Positions 8,478 through 18,676 of a stretch of 25,567 nt of DNA are shown here, piece by piece (within the stretch, counting starts at the first letter, position 1; each line of letters opens with the position of its first letter). Position numbers and translations under genes: made by a program. Below the pieces are notes generated by a model that made no database searches, was not told the DNA's origin, and was given only the letters and a program-made list of their open reading frames with translations. Source of the DNA: a virus (taxonomy: Duplodnaviria; Caudoviricetes); IMG/VR virus record IMGVR_UViG_3300005805_008660, positions 1 through 25,567 of that record. One strand, written 5' to 3'.

Positions 8478-9781
8478 TATATTGTTTTCTCTAGTATAGT
8501 TATACCATTATTTTTAGTTTCAAAAGTTTTGAATCGCCATTCGGGATTTTCGATTAAAAATTCTATAATAGCAGTCAACAAACCTTTTTTATCTGAAGAA
8601 TGTTCACCTGTTAATCCAAATGTATATGTATCATGAAACGCTATATACTTTTTAACTTTTTTAGCATGTAACGCAAGTTCCTTTTTTAATTGCGGATAAA
8701 CATGAAATGTATCAATGAATAAAAGATCAGTTTCATCGATATCGATAGTTAGTACATCATTTTTAATGTATTTAACATCGCGTCCTCGACTTTTTGCAAT
8801 ATTAAACAATTGATCAACTTGATTATCAATCACAATATCGTACGATCGCAAAACACAATCGGTGTTTAAAAAAGCTCTAGTACTGCATCCTGTTCTAACG
8901 CCAAATTCTGTTATGTGATGACATTTTTTAGCTAATTGATGTAATAACTGTAAATTTTGATTTATATCGCTAGGAGTTTTTACTGCTAATTGATATTCTT
9001 TTTCGAATAAATCGATATTCTCTTTATTTGATTTATTACTCAATTGATTATTTGATTTTCGATATTGATTTACTAAATCCCACTTTTCTACGTTTAAAAA
9101 ATGATTATACTTAAATGCATTGCTTGAATCTAGAGAAATTCTTTTATGTACTTCGGTGGTTTTATCAAAAGCCACTATTGTTTTGGAAATTTCTCCGGTA
9201 ATCTTACTGGTTTTCAAAGCATAAACATTTTCACAATTTTGTATCAAATAATCATCACCATACCAAATTTGATATAGACTTGGAATTACTTTGTAAGAAG
9301 ATCGTTTTATAAACATACAAACGCCAAAGGCATAACTTTGACCTCCAATTGGAGTTGATCGGTCAACATTAAGTTTAATTAATTTTTCTTCTCGATCTGG
9401 ATGATGTACAATATGATAATTATCAATACTGCCGCGAAGATGTACACCAATGATGTCAATTTGAGCAAAATCCAAAGTTTGAATATAATCAAACAGAGAA
9501 TTATCTACAGATATATCGTCATTTAAAATACAAAGAATATCTGCTTTTGATCGGTAATATCCTTCATTCCAAGCTGGATTGACATAGATATTACGATTAA
9601 AGGATATCAATTGAATTTTTGGATGTTGAAAACTATTATGTATTGGTCTATTGATGTGATCATTGTCGATAACATAGATGTTACCTATACAATCAGATTG
9701 TGTATATTTTTCTAACCAATTGGGAAATTCTTTCATCTTCCACATTGTGGGGATGATGATATCAATACTATTTTTTATCAT
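8477..9781 (-). CDS. Fusion of a GT2-like glycosyltransferase and a class I SAM methyltransferase (Methyltransf_24-like)
   Basis: N-half: IIIPT, VIDND, NPAWNEG, LNDD, YGDDYL. C-half: ITEFGVRTGCST, DLLFIDTFHVY, IAFHD. Confidence 0.8.
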   Translation of the reverse strand: MIKNSIDIIIPTMWKMKEFPNWLEKYTQSDCIGNIYVIDNDHINRPIHNSFQHPKIQLISFNRNIYVNPAWNEGYYRSKADILCILNDDISVDNSLFDYIQTLDFAQIDIIGVHLRGSIDNYHIVHHPDREEKLIKLNVDRSTPIGGQSYAFGVCMFIKRSSYKVIPSLYQIWYGDDYLIQNCENVYALKTSKITGEISKTIVAFDKTTEVHKRISLDSSNAFKYNHFLNVEKWDLVNQYRKSNNQLSNKSNKENIDLFEKEYQLAVKTPSDINQNLQLLHQLAKKCHHITEFGVRTGCSTRAFLNTDCVLRSYDIVIDNQVDQLFNIAKSRGRDVKYIKNDVLTIDIDETDLLFIDTFHVYPQLKKELALHAKKVKKYIAFHDTYTFGLTGEHSSDKKGLLTAIIEFLIENPEWRFKTFETKNNGITILEKTI

Positions 9782-10430
9782 ACCAAGATTTTATACTATC
9801 TAAAAAGTTACCGGTATACATTTTTGGACCCAAGTGTGAAACTGTTTTTGATGGATTGACCCAAATTTCGTAACCAAGTTCTTTTAATTTTTGGCAAAGC
9901 ATAATATCTTCGCCGATAAATTGATTATTGCTATTTCCGTATTCAAATACGTTTTTAAGTTTTTTTGATCTGAAAATTATTTCAGGATTTGATTCGTAAA
10001 GATCAACTATGGCTTTTTTTGAAAGTTTTAAAAATCCAGTACCTACTTTATTAACTGTAAAATAACCATCTATTGGGTCTATATTTTTATTATTTTTGTC
10101 GATAAAAATGTTGTAAGCTATATTTTTATCACCTTTATTAACTACTGGAACTGCGATAACATCCTTATCGGACAATAAAATTTCCATAAGGATTTCCGGG
10201 GGCCAATATTCGTCGTCGTCAACGAATACCATGGCATCATAATTTTCTTGGTAGGCAAGATTAATAAGCTCATTTCTTGCCATTGGGAGAATACTTTCGT
10301 CGGCTAAAAATATAGCACGAATATGTAATTGATTTTTTAGTCCTAATTTGATTGATTCGCAGAGACTATGTACATAGTAAGCATCCACTTTGCCGTCTAG
10401 ACAAGGAGTGGCAATTAATATTTCTTTCAT
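9768..10430 (-). CDS. GT-A fold (GT2-like) glycosyltransferase
   Basis: ILIATP, ARN, FVDDD (DxD), VGTGFLKL, GEDIMLC, and C-terminal H. Confidence 0.78.
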   Translation of the reverse strand: MKEILIATPCLDGKVDAYYVHSLCESIKLGLKNQLHIRAIFLADESILPMARNELINLAYQENYDAMVFVDDDEYWPPEILMEILLSDKDVIAVPVVNKGDKNIAYNIFIDKNNKNIDPIDGYFTVNKVGTGFLKLSKKAIVDLYESNPEIIFRSKKLKNVFEYGNSNNQFIGEDIMLCQKLKELGYEIWVNPSKTVSHLGPKMYTGNFLDSIKSWYDKK

Positions 10431-10437
10431 AAAATAA

Positions 10438-10477
10438 TCCTGTTGAACTCTACATATATAGCAGAGTTCAACATGGA
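10438..10477 (-). promoter_or_regulatory. RNA hairpin covering the RBS of the GT gene, with TATATA in the loop
   Basis: Perfect 11-bp inverted repeat TGTTGAACTCT / AGAGTTCAACA, extended by TCC/GGA pairing over the AGGA Shine-Dalgarno. Confidence 0.6.
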
Positions 10478-10486
10478 CTAATTATT

Positions 10487-13400
10487 TTATTGAGATTCTA
10501 GTACTTGGATACGAGCCAATAACGATTCGATTAATGTTTGTTGTTTATTAACTTCCGCCGATAGTTCCTTGAATCCATTGACCAAGATCGGTATAAGATA
10601 ATCGCTGGTTAAGTTCAATTTATCCGGATTGTCTTTACTGGCAATAACAGGATTATCGCCTTCTAGCTCTAATATTTCTTGTGCAGAAAATCCGTAACGT
10701 CGTTTATTGTGCTGATCAATTAGCTCATTGGTTTCTCTGTTTTTAAATGCATACGTAATTGGGTTTATACTGTTAAGGAAACCTCTACCATGTGGTACTG
10801 GTCCAAAAATGCATTTGTCTCGTGTATCCGACGCAGTAGTCCAACCAACTTGTATTAAAGAACAAGTATGATTAGCATTGCCCATTATAATATAGTTAGC
10901 TTCATTGGTAATTTTGCAAATACCTGGACCGGAGCCTTTAGAACCGGTCACACCCGAATAGTAACCGATTAAAATATTATTGTAACCTGTAGTATTTTCA
11001 CAACCAGCGTATCCGCCGATAAAAACGTTGTTAACTCCTGTGGTGTTATTGCGACCAGCACAAGAACCAAAAAAGTTGTTATGAGTGCCAGTGGTATTAC
11101 AAAAACCTGCACTTGTCCCCATGAATATATTACAAGAACCGGTGGTATTATAATTACCAACACGTTGACCGAGGTAGACATTACCGGACCCTGTGGTATT
11201 GCAAGCACCGGCAAGAGCTCCTGCATAAACATTATAAGATCCTGTGGTAGTTTGTTGTCCTGCTCTAAATCCCAAATTGATATTAGCATAACCGGTTGTA
11301 TTACAAGCACCCGCCAAACAACTTAAAAAGATACCATATCTTCCTGTGGTATTACAATATCCTGCGCAGGTTCCAATAAAAATATTATTATTACAGTTAT
11401 TACCAAATCCGGCCATTCTTCCTATAAAAACATTGTTTATGCCAGTGGTATTGCAATATCCAGCACATTGGCCGGCAAAGAAATTATGACACCCAGTGGT
11501 ATTACCATACCCAGCATAACGACCGAAAAAGTTGTTGTAACTACCACTGTTATTAGAAAATCCGGCTCGGCAACCTAAAAAGTTATTATGACTACCACTG
11601 GAATTGGAGACCCCAACTTGTGATCCTAAGAAATTATTGCAGCCTCCGGTACTCGTTAAACACCCGGCCTGCATTCCTATGAAGTTGTTATGGCTACCAT
11701 TGTTGAGCCAATACCCGGCATAGCAACCAATGGCAATATTATTGGTTGCCGTACTGGTATTAACGTTAGGGCCGGCCCTGAATCCAAAGTAGTTATTATC
11801 GTTGCCAAGTGTGGATGTAGCTCCTGCACCACAACCAAAGAAGTTATTACGACTGCCGGTGGTATTAGACAATCCAGCAGATCGACCAAAGAAGTTATTA
11901 TGACAGCCGCTAGTATTTGAACACCCTGCAAATCGACCAAAGAAGTTATTATAACACCCGGTGGTATTTGAACGTCCAGCACAAAACCCGGCAAAGAAAT
12001 TATAACTACCTATAGTATTACAGAATCCGGCAGATCCACCTATGAAGTTATTATGACTGCCGGTGGTATTCGAACATCCTGCAAATCGACCGATAAAATT
12101 ATTATGACAGCCGGTGGTATTATTATATCCAGCCGCATTGCCAAAGAAATTATTATAACTACCTATAGTATTACAGAATCCGGCAGATCCACCTATGAAG
12201 TTATTATGACTGCCGGTGGTATTCCATCCTCCTGCATAACGACCGAAAAAGTTGTTGTAACATCCAGTTGTATTACAAAAACCAGTAACTTGTCCAAAAA
12301 AGTTATTATGAGATCCTGTACTATTGGCACTTCCTGTGCTTCTTCCACTAAAAAAGTTACCAACACCGGTGGTATTACATAAACCGGCAGCACAACCAAT
12401 GAAAATATTACAGCTACCTGTAGTATTTGAAAAACCGGCACATGATCCAGCAAAGAAATTATTACTACCAGTGGTATTACATAAACCGGCAGCACAACCA
12501 ATGAAAATATTACAGCTACCTGTAGTATTTGAAAAACCGGCACATAATCCAGCAAAGAAATTATTACTACCAGTGGTATTGCAATATCCAGCACAAAGCC
12601 CGGCAAAGAAATTGCTAGTTCCAGTTCCGCCGGTTCCTGCTTCAGTGCTATAAATAGTACCATTATTGCCACTTAATGTAAACTCTCCGCTTCCCCCAAC
12701 ACTTGTGCTATCGATTCCGTTGATCCAATTAGTACCATCAAATTTCAAAACCTGACAAGCTGATGCTGATGTAATAACTACGTCTGACAGACCGTCTAAG
12801 GTGCCACCGCCTCCGCTGAATAATGACCCATTAACATAAAGACCGGTATTGTTAACTTTTAATCGTTCACAGGTTCCTGCTGCCATAATTACGGTATTAC
12901 ATAGCCCAGCAGAACCAATAACAGACCCGATGATAGTGTTACTGCAACCGGTGGTTACTGCACAACCAGCGTTATACCCGATAAAGACGTTACTTCCACC
13001 GGTGGTATTATAACGTCCCGCATAACGACCAAAGAAATTATTATCACAACCAGTGGTATTCGAACATCCTGCACAATTTCCAAAGAAGTTATTATGACAG
13101 CCAGTAGTATTGCAACGTCCTGTAAAACGACCAAAGAAGTTATTACAACTGCCAGTGGTATTCTGATAACCTGCACACTCTCCAAAGAAATTATTACTAC
13201 CACCGGTGGTATTACAAAAACCTGCAGAATTTCCAAAGAAATTATTACCACCACCGCTGGTATTATTACGTCCTGCATATTGACCAAAGAAGTTATTATA
13301 ACAGCCGATGGTATTACAAAATCCTGCTAGAGAACCGAAAAAGTTATTATTGTTGCCGGTGGTATTGCAAAGTCCTGCACATTGACCAGCAAAGAAATTA

Positions 13401-16400
13401 TGACAACCGGTGGTATTGCAAGCACCTGCACATAATCCAGCAAAGAAATTATGACAACCAGTGGTATTTCTTAGTCCTGCACATCGACCAAAGAAGTTAT
13501 TATGACACCCGGTGTTATTATAACGTCCTGCATATTGACCAAAGAAGTTATTATGACTGCCGGTGGTATTATAAAATCCTGTACTACAACCAAAGAAGTT
13601 ATTATTCGAGCCGGTGGTATTATTATATCCTGCACATCGACCGAAAAAGTTATTACAACTGCCGGTGGTATTGCAAAGTCCTGCACGAAAACCAAAGAAA
13701 TTATTAAAAGAGCCGCCGGTATTAAAACTTCCTGCACTCCCACCAAAGAAGTTATTCTGACAGCCATTAGTATTACAACGTCCAGCATCCCCGCCAATAA
13801 AAGTATTATAACAGCCGAAGCAGTTACGTTGTCCAGCGTAACGACCGATAAAAGTATTAAAACAGCTGGTGGGATTACAATGTCCTGCCATTCGACCAAT
13901 AAAGGTATTATAACAGCCGCTGGTATTATAACGTCCTGCACATATTCCAGCAAAGAAATTATGAGAGCCGGTAGTATTTGCAAATCCTGCACATAGTCCA
14001 GCAAAGAAATTGTCAGATCCGGTAGTATTTGAAAGTCCTGCACATAGTCCAGCAAAGAAATTATTAGAACCGGTGGTATTCGAATATCCTGTAGCAAAGC
14101 CAAAAAAGTTATTATTTGAGCCGGTGGTATTAAATTGCCCTGCAGAAAGTCCAAAGAAGTTATTATTTGAGCCGGTGGTATTTCTTAGTCCTGCTGCAAT
14201 ACCAATGAAATTATTACAACTGCCAGTGGTATTACAAAATCCTGCACATCGACCAATGAAGGTATTACCTGATCCGGTAGTATTATAACGTCCTGCTTGC
14301 CGACCAATAAAGGTATTATAACAGCCGGTATTACTATACCCCGAACAAAGACCAGCAAAGAAATTATGACAGCCGGCGGTATTTGAATACCCAGCGGAAC
14401 AACCAAAGAAGACATTATAAGAGCCAGTGGTATTAAGACGTCCTGCATTACAACCAAAAAAGTTGTTGAAATTGCCAGTGGTGTTAGAATATCCTGCACA
14501 TGCACCAAAGAAGTTATTACTAAAGCCGGTGGTATTACAAAATCCTGTCTCTACGCCAAAGAAGTTATTATGACAGCCGGTGGTATTATAACGTCCCGCA
14601 TAACGACCAAAGAAGTTATTACTAAAGCCACTGGTATTACAACGTCCTGTATAATGACCAAAAAAGTTATTACTACAGCCGCTGGTATTATGACGCCCTG
14701 CTTGCAATCCAAAGAAGTTATTATGACAGCCGGTGGTATTATAACGTCCTGTATAAAAACCAAAGAAGTTATTACTAAAGCCGGTGGTATTACAAAATCC
14801 TGTACTACAACCAAAGAAGTTATTATGACTGCCGGTGGTATTATTACGTCCTGCACAACGACCAAAGAAGTTATTACTACAGCCGGTGGTATTACAAAAT
14901 CCTGCTTGCAATCCAAAGAAGTTATTATGACAGGCGGTGGTATTTGAACGTCCTGCATAACAACCAAAGAAGTTATTATGACTGCCGGTGGTATTCGAAC
15001 ATCCTGCAAGTCGTCCAACGAAATTATTATCACAACCAGTGGTATTTGAACGTCCTGCATAACAACCAAAGAAGTTATTATGACACCCGGTGGTATTATA
15101 ACGTCCTGCACTCTCACCAAAAAAGTTATTCCAGCTACCAGTGGTATTATAACGTCCTGCATAACGACCAAAGAAGTTATTACCACCACCGCTGGTATTA
15201 AAACGTCCTGCATAATTACCAAAGAAGTTATTATTGTTGCCGGTGGTATTAAGTCTTCCTGCAGACCCACCAAAGAAGTTATTATGATTGCCGGTGGTAT
15301 TCGAACATCCTGCAAGTCGTCCAAAGAAGTTATTATAACTGCCGGTGGTATTAAAACGTCCTGCATAACGACCAAAGAAGTTATTATAAGCGCCGGTGGT
15401 ATTATTACGTCCTGCATAACGACCAAAGAAGTTATTATTCGAGCCGGCGGTATTTGAATATCCTGCACATCGACCAAAGAAATTATTATAACAGCCGGTG
15501 GTATTTGAACGCCCCGCTTCCTTACCGAAGAAGTTATTATAAGCGCCGGTGGTATTAAGTCTTCCTGCATAAAAACCAAAGAAATTATTACTATTGCCGG
15601 TGGTATTCCAGGCTCCTGCTAAACCACCAAAAAAGTTATTCCAGCTACCAGTGGTATTCGAAGATCCTGCTGCAGAACCGAAGAAGTTATTATAACCGCC
15701 AATGGTGTTAAAGACTCCTGCCTGTGGTCCAAAGAAGTTATTATAACTGCCGCTAGTATTTGAACACCCTGCACATCGACCAAAGAAGTTATTCTGACTG
15801 CCGGTGGTATTACTATATCCCGCACAAAGACCAGCAAAGAAATTATAATCGCCAGAGGTTATACAATAACCTGCCTTGTCACCGATTATAATATTATTAC
15901 ATGCTCCGGAAATTGCAGAATTACCGGTAGCAACAATAAAATTCATATTGTCGTCGAGAGCACCTGCACCTTTTAATCCTTGTAATCCCTGAATACCTTG
16001 TAATCCTTGAGTGCCTTGAATACCATTTATACCGGTAGTTCCTGCAATGCCCTGTAAGCCTTGTATACCTTGTATGCCTTTAAAATCAACCGGACCGAAA
16101 TCATGCGGCTGTAATGGCCCTTCTTGTTCGAGATCTAAGTTATAGTCTCCAGGATCTCCAGTAAAAGGATCAGTTACTGACGCATTAGTTAAATCACCAT
16201 AATCTCCAGCAGGAACAAAAGACAACAGTCGTGTGGTTACATCGCCCTGTGTGGTCTGTAGTACATAGCTGGAATTTTCGGTGTCAAAATATGCACCTTG
16301 TATACCACTACCACCTGACCCCAGAGTTCCTAAATCTACCCAGATAGAGCCGTCCCAAATCCAAATATGCTCGTCGTCGCTGGTTACATATGCATCACCG

Positions 16401-16678
16401 GTATTACCACCATAACTACTAGGATAACCAGGTAATAATGTTTCGTCGGCAACTACACCTAAAATTTGTAATCCTGATCCAACCGTGCCCTGCAGTCCTT
16501 GAATACCCTGAATACCCTGAATACCTTGTTCGCCTGTAATACCCTGGATACCTTGTTCGCCTGTAATACCCTGGATACCTTGTGGACCTTGAATACCCTG
16601 TTCACCCTGGATACCTTGCAATCCTTGTGGGCCAGTCGGCAGCGAACTTTGAATTATGGTTTTAATATCAATTGTCAT
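10487..16678 (-). CDS. Giant tail fibre/spike: N-terminal collagen segments, about 90 (estimated) 17-aa NTTGxxNNFFGxxAGxx repeats, C-terminal peptidase S74 intramolecular chaperone
   Basis: GxQ collagen at the N-terminus, long beta-solenoid-type repeats, and SDTRDK...YGFSAQEI...LIPILVNGFKEL plus a terminal coiled coil, typical of S74 domains. Confidence 0.88.
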   Translation of the reverse strand: MTIDIKTIIQSSLPTGPQGLQGIQGEQGIQGPQGIQGITGEQGIQGITGEQGIQGIQGIQGLQGTVGSGLQILGVVADETLLPGYPSSYGGNTGDAYVTSDDEHIWIWDGSIWVDLGTLGSGGSGIQGAYFDTENSSYVLQTTQGDVTTRLLSFVPAGDYGDLTNASVTDPFTGDPGDYNLDLEQEGPLQPHDFGPVDFKGIQGIQGLQGIAGTTGINGIQGTQGLQGIQGLQGLKGAGALDDNMNFIVATGNSAISGACNNIIIGDKAGYCITSGDYNFFAGLCAGYSNTTGSQNNFFGRCAGCSNTSGSYNNFFGPQAGVFNTIGGYNNFFGSAAGSSNTTGSWNNFFGGLAGAWNTTGNSNNFFGFYAGRLNTTGAYNNFFGKEAGRSNTTGCYNNFFGRCAGYSNTAGSNNNFFGRYAGRNNTTGAYNNFFGRYAGRFNTTGSYNNFFGRLAGCSNTTGNHNNFFGGSAGRLNTTGNNNNFFGNYAGRFNTSGGGNNFFGRYAGRYNTTGSWNNFFGESAGRYNTTGCHNNFFGCYAGRSNTTGCDNNFVGRLAGCSNTTGSHNNFFGCYAGRSNTTACHNNFFGLQAGFCNTTGCSNNFFGRCAGRNNTTGSHNNFFGCSTGFCNTTGFSNNFFGFYTGRYNTTGCHNNFFGLQAGRHNTSGCSNNFFGHYTGRCNTSGFSNNFFGRYAGRYNTTGCHNNFFGVETGFCNTTGFSNNFFGACAGYSNTTGNFNNFFGCNAGRLNTTGSYNVFFGCSAGYSNTAGCHNFFAGLCSGYSNTGCYNTFIGRQAGRYNTTGSGNTFIGRCAGFCNTTGSCNNFIGIAAGLRNTTGSNNNFFGLSAGQFNTTGSNNNFFGFATGYSNTTGSNNFFAGLCAGLSNTTGSDNFFAGLCAGFANTTGSHNFFAGICAGRYNTSGCYNTFIGRMAGHCNPTSCFNTFIGRYAGQRNCFGCYNTFIGGDAGRCNTNGCQNNFFGGSAGSFNTGGSFNNFFGFRAGLCNTTGSCNNFFGRCAGYNNTTGSNNNFFGCSTGFYNTTGSHNNFFGQYAGRYNNTGCHNNFFGRCAGLRNTTGCHNFFAGLCAGACNTTGCHNFFAGQCAGLCNTTGNNNNFFGSLAGFCNTIGCYNNFFGQYAGRNNTSGGGNNFFGNSAGFCNTTGGSNNFFGECAGYQNTTGSCNNFFGRFTGRCNTTGCHNNFFGNCAGCSNTTGCDNNFFGRYAGRYNTTGGSNVFIGYNAGCAVTTGCSNTIIGSVIGSAGLCNTVIMAAGTCERLKVNNTGLYVNGSLFSGGGGTLDGLSDVVITSASACQVLKFDGTNWINGIDSTSVGGSGEFTLSGNNGTIYSTEAGTGGTGTSNFFAGLCAGYCNTTGSNNFFAGLCAGFSNTTGSCNIFIGCAAGLCNTTGSNNFFAGSCAGFSNTTGSCNIFIGCAAGLCNTTGVGNFFSGRSTGSANSTGSHNNFFGQVTGFCNTTGCYNNFFGRYAGGWNTTGSHNNFIGGSAGFCNTIGSYNNFFGNAAGYNNTTGCHNNFIGRFAGCSNTTGSHNNFIGGSAGFCNTIGSYNFFAGFCAGRSNTTGCYNNFFGRFAGCSNTSGCHNNFFGRSAGLSNTTGSRNNFFGCGAGATSTLGNDNNYFGFRAGPNVNTSTATNNIAIGCYAGYWLNNGSHNNFIGMQAGCLTSTGGCNNFLGSQVGVSNSSGSHNNFLGCRAGFSNNSGSYNNFFGRYAGYGNTTGCHNFFAGQCAGYCNTTGINNVFIGRMAGFGNNCNNNIFIGTCAGYCNTTGRYGIFLSCLAGACNTTGYANINLGFRAGQQTTTGSYNVYAGALAGACNTTGSGNVYLGQRVGNYNTTGSCNIFMGTSAGFCNTTGTHNNFFGSCAGRNNTTGVNNVFIGGYAGCENTTGYNNILIGYYSGVTGSKGSGPGICKITNEANYIIMGNANHTCSLIQVGWTTASDTRDKCIFGPVPHGRGFLNSINPITYAFKNRETNELIDQHNKRRYGFSAQEILELEGDNPVIASKDNPDKLNLTSDYLIPILVNGFKELSAEVNKQQTLIESLLARIQVLESQ
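10960..15900. repeat. 51-bp coding tandem repeat array, interrupted at about 12620-12930
   Basis: Recurring ccaaagaagttatta...gccggtggtatt at 51-bp period. Near-exact blocks: 12369-12470 vs 12471-12572, and 11999-12071 identical to 12152-12224. Confidence 0.9.
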
Positions 16679-16701
16679 GTTAGCATCTTAACCTTATTGC
16701 T

Positions 16702-16709
16702 TATTTATT
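16702..16709 (-). promoter_or_regulatory. Late-promoter-like box AATAAATA overlapping the subtilase stop codon
   Basis: One mismatch to TATAAATA, about 23 nt upstream of the fibre ATG at 16678. Confidence 0.45.
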
Positions 16710-18675
16710 TCCGTTGTCTCGTTCTCACTCTAGGATAAACCGATCCGGTACCGGGACGATTTAAATATACTTTATTAGGAAAAATACCTCCGCTGGTCTC
16801 TCTTTCTTTTGGGTAAAACAAAAATCTATTCTCTGAACCACACAAATTATAATTATTGTAAATATCTTCAAATTCAGTTACTACAATTATTTGACCCGTC
16901 ATCGAAGCGTGAAATTGACAGTTGTAATAATACGTTCCGGGAACTACACCATAGGTATCCCATGTGATTAATCCTGATGCCGTTCCATTATTAGTTATTG
17001 ACCCTGTAGTAACTCCGTTGCCGGTACCAGTTCCCTGTACAGTTTTAATCCAAAATGGATGACCTGTGGCATTGACATTAAATTTCAACACTGAACCAGA
17101 CACTATAGTAATAGTAATATCATTCCCGGAACCATCGCCCGAAAACACATAGTCGCTACTACCAGAATTTGTAACTGTATAGTTGTATGTAATACGACTA
17201 TCATCGTCGACTTGGTTACTCTTAGAGATTTTTGTTAATAAATCTCTAACTTTTTCCTGTGTAAGATCTGGATATGTTTCGGCTAAACAGGCCACTACAC
17301 CACAAACTTGTGGACTAGCCATGCTAGTTCCGCTAATTTTTCCTAGTTTATATGTGGAATTACGTGGATCGTTGGCACCGCCATAACTGGTAGTACTGTT
17401 AAAACTACTTTGAATATAACTTCCTGGAGCATATATATCCACTCGAGGTCCACAATTACTGAAATATGATTTTCTATCATCAGTATTGGTACCGATTGAG
17501 CCTACACAAATTGTTGATGGTGTATTATCTGCATAAAAAGCAGCACCAGGAGTTGTCCCACGATGATAATAAAAATACCCATAAGTGTTACTGTATAGAT
17601 AATTATTGTAATCAACTCCACCATACACATCGATTTTTAACGCATCATTTGATGCAGCGGCGATTACAATAATCCCATCTTCTATGGCATCCTCTATATC
17701 GGCTTCAACTGCACTATATCTATAACCTAAATAAACATAACCACCATCAGTTATTGCACCATATCCGTCAAGTTGAGCAGTTGTAAATGGTCCAGAATAT
17801 ATTGTATTTCGATAACGCAATTCATTTACATCAGTATAATAAAGCGATTGTGCATAACCATAACTATTATTAGTTACAGTTGGGTTTTTTCTTCCTATAA
17901 GTGGATTCACAGATTTAGCATTATGAAAAGCACGTATATAGTCGAAAAGATAAATTCCGCTCAATGAGTTTAATCCGTAGGGACTAATATTGTAAATATT
18001 ACTTTTACGTGCCCATCCTTGAGTATTACCTGCTACAGTACCGGCAACATGAGCTCCATGATTATTGTTTGCTTCTTGACCGGTTCCAGTATAACTTCCA
18101 TAAGTATACGTACTATTAGATGTTCCTTCAACAGCAGCTCGATGTTGATACCAATTATATTGTATAACTCGACTACCGCCGGTTCCATCTGAATTAACTG
18201 CATATTCGGGATGATCGGGATTTATTAAGCCATCAACAATGACAACATCTACATTAGCACCTTCGGATGTTGTTATTATTGTTCCGGTCTGTGAAGCAGT
18301 TCCATCAAATCCCCAGTTTGATCTTTGACTTCCCTCTACCGATCTGAGCAATCCCCAATTATTATAATTACTTCCATTAAAAGATGATTTATCCCAATCA
18401 GTTTCGGTTTGAGTAAATTTAGGTCTATAGATTATCCCTAATTCGTCGGGTGTTAATGAAACATCTAGTACTCTAGGATCAGATCGTAATTGTTCGGCCT
18501 CGGTCGGAGTCAAATAATAATGAGTATTTCGACTAATGGGTCTACGATTACAGACTTCTACTTGTCGATTGGGTATATATAAATTTCCCCCTGGGGTTTC
18601 CATGTCATCATAAAAATCATCCAGATCGTCAAATTTTTTAAGAGTAACTACATATTCTTTAACTTCGTTTGACAT
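16705..18675 (-). CDS. Subtilisin-like S8 serine peptidase with N-terminal prodomain and cupredoxin-like insert
   Basis: Catalytic triad motifs VVIVDG, NHGAHVAGTVAG and ISGTSMASPQV, with oxyanion AASN. Insert GHPFWI...YYYNCQFHASMTG. Confidence 0.9.
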   Translation of the reverse strand: MSNEVKEYVVTLKKFDDLDDFYDDMETPGGNLYIPNRQVEVCNRRPISRNTHYYLTPTEAEQLRSDPRVLDVSLTPDELGIIYRPKFTQTETDWDKSSFNGSNYNNWGLLRSVEGSQRSNWGFDGTASQTGTIITTSEGANVDVVIVDGLINPDHPEYAVNSDGTGGSRVIQYNWYQHRAAVEGTSNSTYTYGSYTGTGQEANNNHGAHVAGTVAGNTQGWARKSNIYNISPYGLNSLSGIYLFDYIRAFHNAKSVNPLIGRKNPTVTNNSYGYAQSLYYTDVNELRYRNTIYSGPFTTAQLDGYGAITDGGYVYLGYRYSAVEADIEDAIEDGIIVIAAASNDALKIDVYGGVDYNNYLYSNTYGYFYYHRGTTPGAAFYADNTPSTICVGSIGTNTDDRKSYFSNCGPRVDIYAPGSYIQSSFNSTTSYGGANDPRNSTYKLGKISGTSMASPQVCGVVACLAETYPDLTQEKVRDLLTKISKSNQVDDDSRITYNYTVTNSGSSDYVFSGDGSGNDITITIVSGSVLKFNVNATGHPFWIKTVQGTGTGNGVTTGSITNNGTASGLITWDTYGVVPGTYYYNCQFHASMTGQIIVVTEFEDIYNNYNLCGSENRFLFYPKERETSGGIFPNKVYLNRPGTGSVYPRVRTRQRK

Positions 18676-18676
18676 T

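Noticed and set aside
10969-15837. Many alternative-frame and antisense ORFs over the 17-aa repeat fibre
   Set aside because: Shadow ORFs caused by the repetitive, codon-biased sequence, with low-complexity products.
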